Assembly: GCF_050920415.1 (NCBI RefSeq)
Contig: NZ_CP169309.1
Source: Escherichia coli
GTDB lineage: Bacteria > Pseudomonadota > Gammaproteobacteria > Enterobacterales > Enterobacteriaceae
Strand: one strand, 5' to 3'
DNA: 64,000 nucleotides
Shown here: positions 42,649-56,078 of the stretch, piece by piece
How positions within the stretch are numbered: position 1 is the first letter of the stretch
Layout of the letters: each line of letters starts with the position of its first letter
Notes under the pieces: model-generated
Told to the model about the DNA's origin: nothing
Database searches by the model: none
The model's input: the letters and a program-made list of their open reading frames with translations, nothing else
Translations under genes and position numbers: made by a program

Positions 42649-44607
42649 ATGAGTCAAATTCACAAACACACCATTCCTGCCAACATCGCAGACCGTTGCC
42701 TGATAAACCCTCAGCAGTACGAGGCGATGTATCAACAATCTATTAACGCACCAGATACCTTCTGGGGCGAACAGGGAAAAATTCTCGACTGGATCAAACC
42801 GTACCAGAAGGTGAAAAACACCTCCTTTGCCCCCGGTAATGTGTCCATTAAATGGTACGAGGACGGCACGCTGAATCTGGCGGCAAACTGCCTTGACCGC
42901 CATCTGCAAGAAAACGGCGATCGTACCGCCATCATCTGGGAAGGCGACGACGCCAGCCAGAGCAAACATATCAGCTATAAAGAGCTGCACCGCGACATCT
43001 GCCGCTTCGCCAATACCCTGCTCGGGCTGGGCATTAAAAAAGGTGACGTGGTGGCGATTTATATGCCGATGGTGCCGGAAGCTGCGGTCGCAATGCTGGC
43101 CTGCGCCCGCATTGGCGCGGTGCATTCGGTAATTTTCGGCGGCTTCTCGCCGGAAGCCGTTGCCGGACGCATTATCGATTCTAACTCACGACTGGTGATC
43201 ACTTCCGACGAAGGCGTGCGTGCCGGGCGTAGTATTCCGCTGAAGAAAAACGTTGATGACGCGCTGAAAAACCCGAACGTCACCAGCATTGAACATGTGG
43301 TGGTACTGAAGCGTACTGGCGGAAAAATTGACTGGCAGGAAGGGCGCGACCTCTGGTGGCACGACCTGGTTGAGCAAGCCAGCGATCAGCACCAGGCGGA
43401 AGAGATGAACGCCGAAGATCCGCTGTTTATTCTCTATACCTCCGGTTCTACCGGTAAGCCGAAAGGCGTGCTGCACACTACCGGCGGTTATCTGGTGTAC
43501 GCGGCGCTGACCTTTAAATATGTCTTTGATTATCATCCTGGCGATATCTACTGGTGCACCGCCGATGTGGGCTGGGTTACCGGACACAGTTATTTGCTGT
43601 ATGGCCCGCTGGCCTGCGGCGCGACCACGTTGATGTTTGAAGGCGTACCGAACTGGCCGACGCCTGCCCGTATGGCCCAGGTGGTGGACAAGCATCAGGT
43701 CAATATTCTCTATACCGCGCCCACGGCGATCCGCGCGCTGATGGCAGAAGGCGATAAAGCGATCGAAGGCACTGACCGTTCGTCGCTGCGCATTCTCGGT
43801 TCCGTAGGCGAGCCAATCAACCCGGAAGCGTGGGAGTGGTACTGGAAGAAGATCGGCAACGAGAAATGTCCGGTAGTCGACACCTGGTGGCAGACCGAAA
43901 CCGGCGGTTTCATGATCACACCACTGCCTGGTGCTACCGAGCTAAAAGCAGGTTCTGCAACGCGTCCGTTCTTCGGCGTGCAACCGGCGCTGGTCGATAA
44001 CGAAGGTAACCCGTTGGAAGGGGCTACCGAAGGCAGCCTGGTGATCACCGACTCCTGGCCTGGTCAGGCGCGTACATTGTTTGGCGATCACGAACGCTTT
44101 GAACAGACCTACTTCTCCACCTTCAAAAATATGTATTTCAGCGGCGACGGCGCGCGTCGTGATGAAGATGGCTATTACTGGATCACCGGGCGTGTGGACG
44201 ACGTGCTGAACGTCTCGGGTCACCGTCTGGGAACAGCGGAGATTGAGTCGGCGCTGGTGGCGCATCCGAAGATTGCCGAAGCCGCTGTCGTGGGTATTCC
44301 GCACAATATTAAAGGTCAGGCGATCTACGCCTACGTCACGCTTAATCACGGGGAGGAACCGTCACCAGAACTGTACGCAGAAGTCCGCAACTGGGTGCGT
44401 AAAGAGATTGGCCCGCTGGCAACGCCAGACGTGCTGCACTGGACCGACTCCCTGCCAAAAACCCGCTCCGGCAAAATTATGCGCCGTATTCTGCGCAAAA
44501 TTGCGGCGGGCGATACCAGCAACCTGGGCGATACCTCGACGCTTGCCGATCCTGGCGTTGTCGAGAAGCTGCTTGAAGAGAAGCAGGCTATCGCGATGCC
44601 CTCGTAA
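42649..44607 (+). CDS. acs: Acetyl-CoA synthetase
   Basis: 652 aa; AMP-binding motif [11 protein letters not shown]; first gene of acs-yjcH-actP. Confidence 0.95.
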   Translation: MSQIHKHTIPANIADRCLINPQQYEAMYQQSINAPDTFWGEQGKILDWIKPYQKVKNTSFAPGNVSIKWYEDGTLNLAANCLDRHLQENGDRTAIIWEGDDASQSKHISYKELHRDICRFANTLLGLGIKKGDVVAIYMPMVPEAAVAMLACARIGAVHSVIFGGFSPEAVAGRIIDSNSRLVITSDEGVRAGRSIPLKKNVDDALKNPNVTSIEHVVVLKRTGGKIDWQEGRDLWWHDLVEQASDQHQAEEMNAEDPLFILYTSGSTGKPKGVLHTTGGYLVYAALTFKYVFDYHPGDIYWCTADVGWVTGHSYLLYGPLACGATTLMFEGVPNWPTPARMAQVVDKHQVNILYTAPTAIRALMAEGDKAIEGTDRSSLRILGSVGEPINPEAWEWYWKKIGNEKCPVVDTWWQTETGGFMITPLPGATELKAGSATRPFFGVQPALVDNEGNPLEGATEGSLVITDSWPGQARTLFGDHERFEQTYFSTFKNMYFSGDGARRDEDGYYWITGRVDDVLNVSGHRLGTAEIESALVAHPKIAEAAVVGIPHNIKGQAIYAYVTLNHGEEPSPELYAEVRNWVRKEIGPLATPDVLHWTDSLPKTRSGKIMRRILRKIAAGDTSNLGDTSTLADPGVVEKLLEEKQAIAMPS

Positions 44608-44614
44608 CTCTCAA

Positions 44615-44740
44615 TTGCCGGATGCGATCCGGGCAACAAGTCGGAAACGATTTGTAGGCCTGATAAGACGCGACAGCGTCGCATCAGGCATTGATTGCCG
44701 GATGCGGCGTATAACGCCTTATCCGGCCTACATAAGGCAA
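44615..44740. repeat. REP/BIME cluster
   Basis: ttgccggatgcg..., gtaggcctgataagacgcgacagcgtcgcatcaggc and gccggatgcggcgtataacgccttatccggcctac units between acs and yjcH. Confidence 0.75.
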
Positions 44741-44819
44741 GGGTTACCTGGGCGTTAACCCGCTCCCATAAGGGCGCGGGAATTAAAACAATCCCTACAT
44801 TACCTCTGGAGAATCTGTG

Positions 44820-46780
<1,961 letters not shown>

Positions 46781-46791
46781 TCTCTCCCCTT

Positions 46792-46811
46792 CCCCGGTCG
46801 TCTGACCGGGG
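46792..46811 (+). terminator. Hairpin after actP (possible terminator)
   Basis: ccccggtcgtctgaccgggg inverted repeat 12 nt after the actP stop; lacks a clear T-tract. Confidence 0.35.
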
Positions 46812-46958
46812 AATACTCTTCCTCTCCAATATGCATCATCTTTTCCCATAATATTAAACAAATAAACTCATTAAAAAAATGAGCGATTTTTGACAGTCGT
46901 AGAAAATGATAATGCAGAGAATATGCCTTTTCTTTCTTGTTAATTATAAGGATATTTT

Positions 46959-48251
46959 ATGCGCTATAATGGTTTAAATAATATGTTTTTCCCTCTTTGC
47001 CTGATTAACGATAACCACCCTGTCACAAGTCCATCACATACAAAGGAAACAAAATCAGATAATTATAGCAAACATCATAAAGACACGTTAATTGACAATA
47101 AAGCCCTCTCTCTTTTCAAAATGGATGATCATGAAAAAGTGATAGGCTTGATTCAGAAAATGAAAAGAACTTATGATACTTTACCATCAGGAAAAATCAC
47201 TAAAGAAACTGACAGGAAAATTCATAAATATTTTATAGATATAGCTTTATATGCAAGTAATAAATATGACGATAGAATTACGAGAAGAGTTTACCTTAAT
47301 AAAGATAAGGAAGTGTCAATTAAGGTAGTGTATTTTATAAATAATGTCACTGTCCATAATAATACTATCGAAATCCCACAGACAGTAAATGGTGGTTACG
47401 ATTTTTCACACCTTAGCCTGAAAGGTATCAGGATTAAAGATGAAGATTTATCCAATTCGGATTTTGCAGGTTGCAGACTACAAAATGCTATTTTCCAGGG
47501 CTGTAATATGTATCAAACGAATTTTAATTTTGCCATAATGGAAAAAATAATTTTTGATAATTGTATTCTCGATGACTCAAATTTCGCTCAGATAAAAATG
47601 ACTGACGGAACTCTAAATGCATGCTCCGCTATGCATGTTGAATTCTTCAATGCAACAATGATTAGAGCTAAAATTAAAAATACCTTCCTTGACTATTCAA
47701 ATTTTTATATGGCGTACATGGCTGAGGTGAATCTTTATAAAGTAATAGCGCCATATGTTAATTTATTTAGAGCCGACCTTAGTTTCTCTAAACTCGATTT
47801 AATTAACTTTGAACATGCTAATCTTTCTCGCGTCAACCTGAACAAAGCAACCCTCCAGAATATAAACTTAATTAATAGCAAACTCTTTTTTACGCGGCTG
47901 ACAAATACGTTCCTCGAAATGGTTATATGTACCGATTCTAATATGGCTAATGCTAATTTTAATAATGCCAATTTAAGCAATTGCCATTTCAACTGTTCTA
48001 TTTTAACAAAAGCCTGGATGTTTAATACCCGTTTCTATCGGGTTAATTTCGATGAGGCTATCGTCCAGGGAATGGGCATATCCATTCTCCGTGGGGAGGA
48101 TAATATTCCCATTAATAGTGATATCCTGATAACACTACAGCAACTCTTTGAAGAGGATTGTGCCACTCATACTGGCATGTCACAAACTGAGCATAATATT
48201 CAGGAAGTGTCTATGAATACCACTGAAGATACTATGCAATACGCAGATTGA
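46959..48251 (+). CDS. yjcF: Pentapeptide-repeat protein YjcF (AT-rich gene)
   Basis: 430 aa; long series of A(D/N)LSxxxFxxAxL-type pentapeptide repeats between about residues 150 and 350; visibly AT-rich codon usage compared with neighbours. Confidence 0.82.
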   Translation: MRYNGLNNMFFPLCLINDNHPVTSPSHTKETKSDNYSKHHKDTLIDNKALSLFKMDDHEKVIGLIQKMKRTYDTLPSGKITKETDRKIHKYFIDIALYASNKYDDRITRRVYLNKDKEVSIKVVYFINNVTVHNNTIEIPQTVNGGYDFSHLSLKGIRIKDEDLSNSDFAGCRLQNAIFQGCNMYQTNFNFAIMEKIIFDNCILDDSNFAQIKMTDGTLNACSAMHVEFFNATMIRAKIKNTFLDYSNFYMAYMAEVNLYKVIAPYVNLFRADLSFSKLDLINFEHANLSRVNLNKATLQNINLINSKLFFTRLTNTFLEMVICTDSNMANANFNNANLSNCHFNCSILTKAWMFNTRFYRVNFDEAIVQGMGISILRGEDNIPINSDILITLQQLFEEDCATHTGMSQTEHNIQEVSMNTTEDTMQYAD

Positions 48252-48340
48252 GATTAAGCCGAAGAATAGCCAATGAATTGACTTTAAAAGAGAGATACTC
48301 ACGGACTTCTGACTTATTTATTTTAGAATCATGAATGTTA

Positions 48341-48398
48341 GCCCGAGGTAATCTGAAAAAGGTGCAAAAGATTGCACCTTTTTCAGATTACCTCGGGC
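48341..48398. terminator. Perfect 27-bp-arm palindrome with 4-nt loop; bidirectional terminator between convergent yjcF and yjcE
   Basis: gcccgaggtaatctgaaaaaggtgcaa-aaga-ttgcacctttttcagattacctcgggc; the inner stem ggtgcaa/ttgcacc is flanked by A5 and T5 runs on both strands. Confidence 0.6.
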
Positions 48399-48418
48399 CT
48401 GGTTACGTCGCTTTCGGC

Positions 48419-50068
48419 TTACTGATTTTCCTCAATCAACAACGCTTCAAGCAAATCGAGATCGTGCAATAATTTTTGCAGCGTTTCATTGCTGATCTCC
48501 CGCGTGGCGCGCAGGTGGTACAGTTCAGCACGTTCAGAACGCAATGCCGCCAGACGGAAGCGACGCTCAAGGTTCTCTTCCTGCACGGAACTTTCAACGT
48601 CGTTACGTCCATCGGCGCGACGACGCAGGTTACCAATGACGCGAGAACTGACCTCCGTGAGCAGCTGGTTATCGATATTCTCTTCGGTATCCGCCGCCAG
48701 ACGCTCCTCCATTTTCTGGATTGCCACAATCGCCACTTCTGCCGTTGCCGCTCGCGCAATACGCTCCTCTTTCAACTGCTGCGAATGGTCTGCGACTTCA
48801 ATGTGTTGCAGCAAAATGGGCAACATCACCACGCCGACAAACAGCGAGAAGAGAATGACGCCAGCCGCCAGGAACACCAACTCATAGCGCGCCGGGAAGA
48901 CGTTGCCATCCGGCAAGAGCAGCGGGATAGAGAGCACACCGGCTAGTGTGATCGCCCCACGCACCCCGGCAAAAGACGCAATCAGGATTTCTCGTGTGGT
49001 CCACGAACCAAACTCCATCGGCTTCTTCTTCAGAAAACGGTTGCTGAACTTTTTCATCGTCCACAGCCAGCCAAAACGGACCAGCATCAGCGCCGCATAA
49101 ATCAGAATGATATCGGTAAACAGCATCCAGATTTCGACGTTAGGGTCGATTTCTGCCGCCATCAGCGACGTCTCCAGAATACCCGGCAACTGCAGACCTA
49201 ACAGCAGGAATACCATGCCGTTGAAGACAAATTCCAGCATCGCCCAGGTGCTGTTTGCGCGCAGGCGCATCGCCAGCGGCGCACGGCGCATTACACCGGA
49301 GCGGGTGATGGTCATCCCGGCGGCAACCGCAGCAAGAATACCGGAAACGCCAATATGTTCGGCAATCAGATAAGAAGCGAATGGCAGCAGGAACAGCAGT
49401 ACAATCTGCGTCGCGGGTTCATCACCGCCCCAGCGGCTGAGGAATCGCAGCGAACGACCATACAGCCAGCTCACCACAAAACCGGCGAGAATACCGCCTA
49501 TTGCCACTTTCATAAATTCCACCGTTGCACCGCCGACGGTGAAGATCATCGTCCCCATCGCCACTGCCACAGCAAACTTTAATGACACCAGGCCGGAGGC
49601 GTCATTCATCAACGCTTCGCCCTGCAAAATACCCATGATTTTTTTCGGGATGCGCCCTTCGCCAACAATACCGGAAAGCGCCACAGCATCGGTCGGAGAA
49701 AGCACCGCCGCCAGCGCAAAGGCGGGAATCAGCGGAATGCCCGGCACCACCCAGTAAATAAGGAAGCCAATGCCAACCACGGTGACCACCACCAGCGCCA
49801 GCGCGAGGCCGAAAATCTCCCGACCATGTTCGAGAAATTCACGGGTCGGCGTTTTCCAGCCATCTGCGAACAGCAACGGCGGGATAAACAAGACTAAAAA
49901 GAGTTCAGGATCAAACTCCACATGCAAACCAAACGTCGGCCACGCCAGTAGCGCACCGATGGCGATTTGCATAAGCGGAAGCGGGATCTGAAAGGGCATG
50001 ACACGAGTGACCACCCCGGACAGCGAGACCACGAGGGTCATTATCAGTATGGTGAAGAAGATTTCCAT
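48419..50068 (-). CDS. yjcE: Putative Na+(K+)/H+ exchanger (CPA1 family)
   Basis: 549 aa; about 12 TM helices plus a charged C-terminal domain. Confidence 0.88.
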   Translation of the reverse strand: MEIFFTILIMTLVVSLSGVVTRVMPFQIPLPLMQIAIGALLAWPTFGLHVEFDPELFLVLFIPPLLFADGWKTPTREFLEHGREIFGLALALVVVTVVGIGFLIYWVVPGIPLIPAFALAAVLSPTDAVALSGIVGEGRIPKKIMGILQGEALMNDASGLVSLKFAVAVAMGTMIFTVGGATVEFMKVAIGGILAGFVVSWLYGRSLRFLSRWGGDEPATQIVLLFLLPFASYLIAEHIGVSGILAAVAAGMTITRSGVMRRAPLAMRLRANSTWAMLEFVFNGMVFLLLGLQLPGILETSLMAAEIDPNVEIWMLFTDIILIYAALMLVRFGWLWTMKKFSNRFLKKKPMEFGSWTTREILIASFAGVRGAITLAGVLSIPLLLPDGNVFPARYELVFLAAGVILFSLFVGVVMLPILLQHIEVADHSQQLKEERIARAATAEVAIVAIQKMEERLAADTEENIDNQLLTEVSSRVIGNLRRRADGRNDVESSVQEENLERRFRLAALRSERAELYHLRATREISNETLQKLLHDLDLLEALLIEENQ

Positions 50069-50175
50069 GCGTTCCCTGTTTGCGATGTTTTTTTATGATC
50101 TGAGAAAGGCGTTATGCCTGAATTCTCATTTTTTCAGAATATCGCAAAAGCTCACACAATGTGCGGAGAAAATAA

Positions 50176-50205
50176 AAACGGGCAGCCATTGCCACCCGTT
50201 TTCAG
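50176..50205 (-). terminator. Probable terminator downstream of ghxP
   Basis: Minus-strand aaacgggtggcaatggctgcccgttt hairpin followed by tttattttctcc. Confidence 0.45.
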
Positions 50206-50219
50206 AATCTTATTAAAGC

Positions 50220-51569
50220 TTAGATAGCCCAGCCGCCCGCATAGAAGGTCACCAGCGCCACGGCGATAACGACCGTACCGATGTTCAACTTGCGCCATTC
50301 GCCGGAAACCAGACGACCAATCACCAGAGTCGCGAAGCCGATCATGATGCCTGTTACGATGTTACAGGTCAGCACGATGAATACCGCCGTAACCAGACCC
50401 GCCATCGCATCAACAAAATCAGCAAAGTCGATTTTCGCCACGTTGCTCAGCATCAGCAGGCCCACGTACATCAGCGCCGGAGCCGTTGCGTACCCAGGAA
50501 CGAGGTAAGAGAGTGGAGAGAGGAACAGAATCAGCAGGAACAACACGCCAACGGTGATAGCCGTCAGACCGGTTTTTCCGCCCGCCGCTGTACCCGCCGC
50601 AGACTCGATGTATACCGCTGCCGGTGCTGCCCCCACCAGACCAGAGAAAACACTGCTCATGGAGTCGGTGGTCAGTGCTTTCCCGCCGTCGATAATTTGC
50701 CCGTCTTTATCCAGCAGGTTTGCCTGGCCCGCGACGGCCCGGATGGTTCCGGTGGCATCGAAAACAGCAGTCATCACCAGTGCCAGCACGCTCGGCAGAA
50801 CCACAGGGTTCAGCGCGCCCATAATGTCCAGGCTGCCAATCAGTGAATTGCCGTTTTCATCGCTCAATGAAGGCATGGCGAAAACGCCAGAGAAGTGGAC
50901 GTTAGGATCGAAGATCAAACCGACAATTGAGATACCGATAATGGTCAGCAGAATGCCACCGGGGACTTTCAGTTTTTCCAGGCCAATGATCACAGCCAGA
51001 CCTACCAGTGACATAATCACCGGGAAGGTCGCGAAATCACCCAGCGCAACAGGCAGACCATCAAGCGGGTTTTTAATCACCAGACCGACACCATTAGCAG
51101 CAATCAGCAGCAGGAACAGACCGATACCGATCCCCGTGCCGTGCGCCACACCGTGCGGCAAGTTGCGCAAAATCCAGCTACGGATACCCGTGGCAGAAAT
51201 TATCGTAAACAGCACACCCATCAGGAACACGGCACCCAGCGCGACAGGTACGCTAATATGTTGCCCCAGTACCAGGCTGAATGCGGTAAACGCCGTCAGG
51301 GAGATAGCGCAACCAATCGCCAGCGGCAGATTAGCCCACAACCCCATCACGATAGAACCGAGTCCGGCAACCAGACAGGTCGCAACGAAAACTGCCGCAG
51401 GCGGAAAGCCCGCTTTACCCAACATGCCTGGAACGACGATAACCGAGTAGACCATCGCCAGAAACGTTGTTAACCCGGCAACCACTTCCTGACGGACAGA
51501 GCTTCCACGTTGTGAAATTTTAAACCAGGCGTCGAGTGAACCGCCGGTACGCGCTGATGGCGTAGACAT
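50220..51569 (-). CDS. ghxP: Guanine/hypoxanthine permease (NCS2/AzgA family)
   Basis: 449 aa; polytopic; recognised as YjcD/GhxP. Confidence 0.9.
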   Translation of the reverse strand: MSTPSARTGGSLDAWFKISQRGSSVRQEVVAGLTTFLAMVYSVIVVPGMLGKAGFPPAAVFVATCLVAGLGSIVMGLWANLPLAIGCAISLTAFTAFSLVLGQHISVPVALGAVFLMGVLFTIISATGIRSWILRNLPHGVAHGTGIGIGLFLLLIAANGVGLVIKNPLDGLPVALGDFATFPVIMSLVGLAVIIGLEKLKVPGGILLTIIGISIVGLIFDPNVHFSGVFAMPSLSDENGNSLIGSLDIMGALNPVVLPSVLALVMTAVFDATGTIRAVAGQANLLDKDGQIIDGGKALTTDSMSSVFSGLVGAAPAAVYIESAAGTAAGGKTGLTAITVGVLFLLILFLSPLSYLVPGYATAPALMYVGLLMLSNVAKIDFADFVDAMAGLVTAVFIVLTCNIVTGIMIGFATLVIGRLVSGEWRKLNIGTVVIAVALVTFYAGGWAI

Positions 51570-51946
51570 AAGAAAACATCCCCTGAGAGTTTAATTTTCG
51601 TCAAGATGCGTGGCGGACATTCCCCTGCCAGCGAAACGTTATCTTCCTGTTCCAGGTTTGCGACAATTTGGTGCGTCGCAAAAAAGCAAACGTTTAGCTC
51701 CGCGCATACAAAACGGGTGGTAAAAAAAGCAAACGATTATCCGGCGATCATAGCGGCTTTTTCAACCGAAGTTTGCTGCTTTTTTCTCTTTTATGGTCTT
51801 GACGATGAAAAACCAGGCAATTGATGCGCAAACGTTATCGTCGATGCGCAAGATTGCAGCGTTATCGAGCCGCATACCGTTCAGGATTGCGATAAAAAAT
51901 CGTCTGAGATGACAAAAATATTGCGGCTAAAAAGTATACTTTTACA

Positions 51947-51974
51947 CTGACGAAGAAACGCCGGTGACATACAA
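51947..51974 (+). promoter_or_regulatory. Candidate sigma70 promoter for the ryjA sRNA
   Basis: -35 ctgacg, 16-bp spacer, -10 tacaat, placing a start about 140 nt upstream of the terminator at 52093..52121. Confidence 0.45.
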
Positions 51975-51981
51975 TTAAAGC

Positions 51982-52121
51982 ATCAACACCAACCGGAACC
52001 TCCACCACGTGCTCGAATGAGGTGTGTTGACGTCGGGGGAAACCCTCCTGTGTACCAGCGGGATAGAGAGAAAGACAAAGACCGGAAAACAAACTAAAGC
52101 GCCCTTGTGGCGCTTTAGTTT
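51982..52121 (+). ncRNA. ryjA: Small RNA RyjA (about 140 nt), convergent with and overlapping the 3' end of soxR
   Basis: Intrinsic terminator ctaaagcgcc-cttgt-ggcgctttag plus ttttgtt ends a few nt inside the soxR stop region; promoter-like elements about 140 nt upstream; position matches RyjA as recalled (soxR-ghxP spacer). Confidence 0.5.
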
Positions 52122-52579
52122 TGTTCATCTTCCAGCAAGCGTGCGCCTGTGCCTTCTTCTCCTAAGCGGTCGCCCGGGTTACGCAATGGGCAATCACTGC
52201 GCGAAAGGCAGCCACAACCAATACATCCGTCCAGTTCGTCACGCAGCGCCACTAAGGTATGAATGCGCCGATCCAACTCTTCTCGCCATTGGGACGAAAG
52301 CTGTTTCCACTCTTTCGCACTTAATGTATGCCCTTCGGGCAACACGCCAAACGCTTCACGAATGGTCGCCAGCGGAATGCCAATACGCTGAGCAATTTTG
52401 ATGATTGCGACATATCGCAACACATCACGTTTATATCGCCGCTGATTGCCACTATTACGAATACTGCTAATCAACCCTTTGCTTTCATAGAAATGCAGCG
52501 CCGATACCGCCACACCGCTGCGTTTTGCCACTTCGCCGGGGGTTAGCAGCGCTTTAATGCGGGGTAATTTCTTTTCCAT
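52115..52579 (-). CDS. soxR: Redox-sensing MerR-family regulator SoxR ([2Fe-2S])
   Basis: 154 aa; MerR HTH; C-terminal cluster [17 protein letters not shown]. Confidence 0.95.
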   Translation of the reverse strand: MEKKLPRIKALLTPGEVAKRSGVAVSALHFYESKGLISSIRNSGNQRRYKRDVLRYVAIIKIAQRIGIPLATIREAFGVLPEGHTLSAKEWKQLSSQWREELDRRIHTLVALRDELDGCIGCGCLSRSDCPLRNPGDRLGEEGTGARLLEDEQN

Positions 52580-52586
52580 AAATCGC

Positions 52587-52618
52587 TTTACCTCAAGTTA
52601 ACTTGAGGAATTATACTC
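52587..52618 (+). promoter_or_regulatory. soxS promoter with SoxR operator
   Basis: Palindrome cctcaagttaacttgagg (52591..52608) between tttacc (-35-like) and tatact (-10-like) with an overlong spacer, characteristic of MerR-type promoters. Confidence 0.8.
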
Positions 52619-52664
52619 CCCAACAGATGAATTAACGAACTGAACACTGAAAAGAGGCAGATTT

Positions 52665-52988
52665 ATGTCCCATCAGAAAATTATTCAGGATCTTATCGCA
52701 TGGATTGACGAGCATATTGACCAGCCGCTTAACATTGATGTCGTCGCAAAAAAATCAGGCTATTCAAAGTGGTACTTACAGCGGATGTTCCGCACGGTGA
52801 CGCATCAGACACTTGGTGATTACATTCGCCAACGCCGCCTGTTACTGGCCGCCGTTGAGTTGCGCACCACCGAGCGTCCGATTTTTGATATCGCAATGGA
52901 CCTGGGTTATGTCTCGCAGCAGACCTTCTCCCGCGTTTTCCGTCGGCAGTTTGATCGCACTCCCAGCGATTATCGCCACCGCCTGTAG
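52665..52988 (+). CDS. soxS: AraC-family superoxide response activator SoxS
   Basis: 107 aa; MSHQKIIQDLIAWIDEHIDQPLNIDVVAKKSGYSKWYLQRMF. Confidence 0.95.
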   Translation: MSHQKIIQDLIAWIDEHIDQPLNIDVVAKKSGYSKWYLQRMFRTVTHQTLGDYIRQRRLLLAAVELRTTERPIFDIAMDLGYVSQQTFSRVFRRQFDRTPSDYRHRL

Positions 52989-52990
52989 TT

Positions 52991-54577
52991 TTATTGCCCG
53001 CGCGTTAACTCCTGCGCGGGTGATTGCTCCATCCATTGCATGAACACCTGCGGTGGCATCGCCTTAGCAAAGAACCATCCCTGGCAATAGCGCACGCCGC
53101 GTTTACGCAACCAGTTAACCTGATCCTCAGTTTCTACCCCTTCTGCAATCGTTTTCAGCCCCAGGCTGTGCGCCAGCTCGATGATGTGTTCCGCAATCAA
53201 ATGACTGGTTTTATGGGTGGTCAGCGTCTCAACAAACGATTTATCGATTTTCAAAATATCGACATTCAATGATTTAAGGTTATGCAAGTTAGAGTAGCCA
53301 ATACCAAAATCATCAATTGCCACTTCGTAACCAGCCTGGCGGAAAGCCAGAATAATTGGTGTCATTTTGTCGACATCAAGAAATGCATGTTCAGTCACTT
53401 CAAATTTAATTTGCTGTGGACGCACCGCGTATTGCTCTGTTTTCTGATTGGTTCGCGCTATCAACCGTGACGTATGAAAATCGGAGGCCGACAGGTTAAT
53501 AGAAACATAGCGATCGGCATGTGTTGCCAGGTACGCGCCCAGATCGCGGAAGACATTATCAATAACATAATCAGTTACCTGTCCGATCATTCTCTCCTTT
53601 TCTGCCAGCGGAATAAACTCTGCCGGATTCATTACTTGCCCCTGCTCACCAGGCCAACGTAACAATGCTTCAGCGCCGATACATTTTTCTGTTTTGATAT
53701 CGATTATTGGCTGGTAATAAAGGCAAAGTTGATGTTTTTCGAGGGCGCGTTGCAATTTGCGTTTGGGAGACAAATAGTTTTGTCGAATACGTAGCCAGAG
53801 TAATAACAGAACAAGACTCCCCAAAATGCCGGCGGGTAACGCAAAAATAAGATGATTATAAAAATGTGCTATAAGACGTTGATATGAAGTCGCAACAATG
53901 GCTGCAATTGGGCGTTTTGTCGAATAAACTGTCGCATATAAATAGCCATTTCTTTGTACGGTTAAATCATTCAAATGAATCAGCGGAGAAAACGTTGCTG
54001 CCGAGGCCTCGTTGCTTAACGAGAAAAAGGTTTTCGTTACCGTATCATACACACCCCATTGCAATGTCGGATCATCAGACATCACTTCACTCCAGAATAG
54101 AGGGTTGATGACCGCCACATAATTTCCCCGCTGCATATAGGTCATTTTATAGCCAGAGAAAAAAGGCGTATCGCGGTAATAATAGATAGAAACGTTAGGT
54201 TCACGCTTATAATCGGCCGGTGCAATCGTATAACCGTTTACAGGCGCTATCAGCGATGAGCATAAAAAATGGTTATCACGGGCATAGATCAATTCATTAA
54301 TATAAAGATAGCCACGAATAATATTCAACATTCGCTTTTGATGGGCCGGAGTGCAAACTTGCCCCTGATAGCGTTCTGCTGCATCGCTCACTAAATCTGC
54401 CTGGCGAATGACCAGCTCGGATTTATCCAGCGCCAGCTGAGCAAAAGTTTGGAGCTGACTATTCACTTCTGATTTTGCCCAAAGGAAGGCAATCCATAGC
54501 GACAGAATGATGGGAAAGAGAACTAAAAAGATAATGCCCGGCAACGCCAGTAATTGGTGTCGTGCATGATGACTCAT
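52991..54577 (-). CDS. pdeC: Membrane-anchored c-di-GMP phosphodiesterase (CSS-motif sensor plus EAL domain)
   Basis: 528 aa from [14 protein letters not shown]; two TM helices flanking a periplasmic domain, C-terminal EAL domain ([20 protein letters not shown]). Confidence 0.88.
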
Positions 54578-55007
54578 TGCTATCAATTTCCTGCCTGTTT
54601 ATACCCGGTCATTGCAAGGCGAGAACCCTGGTTATCGACGTCTTTAGATAAATCTTACGGTATAAATAGCACTTTTGCCTGATTTGAAATTGATACCTTT
54701 TTAATCGTCACCTGAATAAAAATAATTCATTGATATTCAAAAATTAATTTCCTGCAGGAATGCAGAGGCGGCGGGAAGATATGCCCTTAATGCCGCTGAA
54801 AAAACACATAATCTGTACGGCAATAAAAGTCACGGCCTAATCTGGCTAACAAACAATCAATTGTGATATAGTTCACAAAATTAATGAAACAAACAGAGTG
54901 TTTCTTTTTTGTGTTTTGCAAGCCCCGCGATAGCCAGATTGTATCACGCCTCCCGTGAACAACGCCGCGCTGTCCAGGGCATCGGCTCTTTTCAGAGGAA
55001 TTGTTTG

Positions 55008-55289
55008 ATGGCTACCCTCACCACTGGCGTGGTTCTTCTTCGCTGGCAACTTCTTAGTGCCGTAATGATGTTTCTGGCCAGCACGCTCAACATCCGTTTT
55101 CGTCGGTCTGATTATGTCGGGCTTGCAGTGATCAGCAGCGGTCTGGGCGTGGTTTCCGCCTGTTGGTTCGCAATGGGGTTGCTTGGCATCACAATGGCGG
55201 ACATCACCGCCATCTGGCACAACATCGAGTCGGTGATGATAGAAGAGATGAATCAGACACCGCCACAATGGCCAATGATTTTGACTTGA
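55008..55289 (+). CDS. yjcB: Small membrane protein YjcB
   Basis: 93 aa from MATLTTGVVLLRWQLLSAVMMFLASTLN; the upstream track extension was trimmed. Confidence 0.75.
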   Translation: MATLTTGVVLLRWQLLSAVMMFLASTLNIRFRRSDYVGLAVISSGLGVVSACWFAMGLLGITMADITAIWHNIESVMIEEMNQTPPQWPMILT

Positions 55290-55295
55290 TATGTA

Positions 55296-55326
55296 GAAGC
55301 CTCCATAACGGAGGCTTCTTTTTTTA
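55296..55326 (+). terminator. Intrinsic terminator after yjcB
   Basis: gaagcctcc-ataac-ggaggcttc followed by a run of 9 T. Confidence 0.8.
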
Positions 55327-55388
55327 TGGCTGGCAGATGCTTTAATCATCCACCTTAAAACAATATAACCTATTGGTTTAATGACAAA

Positions 55389-55925
55389 TCAGAACGGAAT
55401 GTCGTCATCAAAGTCCATCGGCGGCTCGTTAGACGGCGCTGCCGGAGCGGACTGCTGCGGGCGAGACTGCGCGCCGCCGCTGAACTGATTACCACCCTGC
55501 GGCTGCTGAGGCTGACCCCAACCGCCCTGCGGCTGACCACCACCGATATTGCCACCTGCAGGTGCGCCACCGCCCTGACGACCACCCAGCATCTGCATGG
55601 TGCCGCCAACGTTCACCACGACTTCTGTGGTGTAGCGATCCTGACCGGATTGATCGGTCCATTTGCGGGTACGCAGCTGACCTTCGATATAAACCTGAGA
55701 ACCTTTACGCAGATATTCGCTGGCTACTTCTGCCAGTTTGCCGAACAGCACAACGCGGTGCCATTCAGTCTGCTCTTTCATCTCGCCGGTCGCTTTATCA
55801 CGCCAGGATTCGGAAGTAGCCAGCGTAATGTTGGCAACTGCGCCACCATTTGGCATGTAGCGTACTTCCGGGTCCTGACCCAGATTACCAACGAGAATAA
55901 CCTTGTTTACGCCTCTGCTGGCCAT
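55389..55925 (-). CDS. ssb: Single-stranded DNA-binding protein
   Basis: 178 aa; [28 protein letters not shown], Gly/Gln-rich linker, acidic tail DFDDDIPF. Confidence 0.97.
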   Translation of the reverse strand: MASRGVNKVILVGNLGQDPEVRYMPNGGAVANITLATSESWRDKATGEMKEQTEWHRVVLFGKLAEVASEYLRKGSQVYIEGQLRTRKWTDQSGQDRYTTEVVVNVGGTMQMLGGRQGGGAPAGGNIGGGQPQGGWGQPQQPQGGNQFSGGAQSRPQQSAPAAPSNEPPMDFDDDIPF

Positions 55926-56078
55926 GTTCGTGTCTCCTGAAAAAAAATCGTTCTGAATAAGTGTAAACGCGCGATTGTACCATTACCAATAGCGCTTTTA
56001 CTATGTTGTGACCTCGGTTCAGGGAAACAAACCTGGCCAGACATTGTTACACAACACTCCGGGTAATGCATTCCAATA

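Noticed and set aside
50554-51450. 298-aa plus-strand ORF antisense to ghxP
   Set aside because: Pro/Ala/Thr-rich translation of the complementary strand of a membrane transporter gene; typical artefact.
51606-51824. 72-aa ORF in the ghxP-soxR intergenic region
   Set aside because: No RBS and no recognisable features; the region is better explained by the ghxP promoter and the RyjA-like sRNA.
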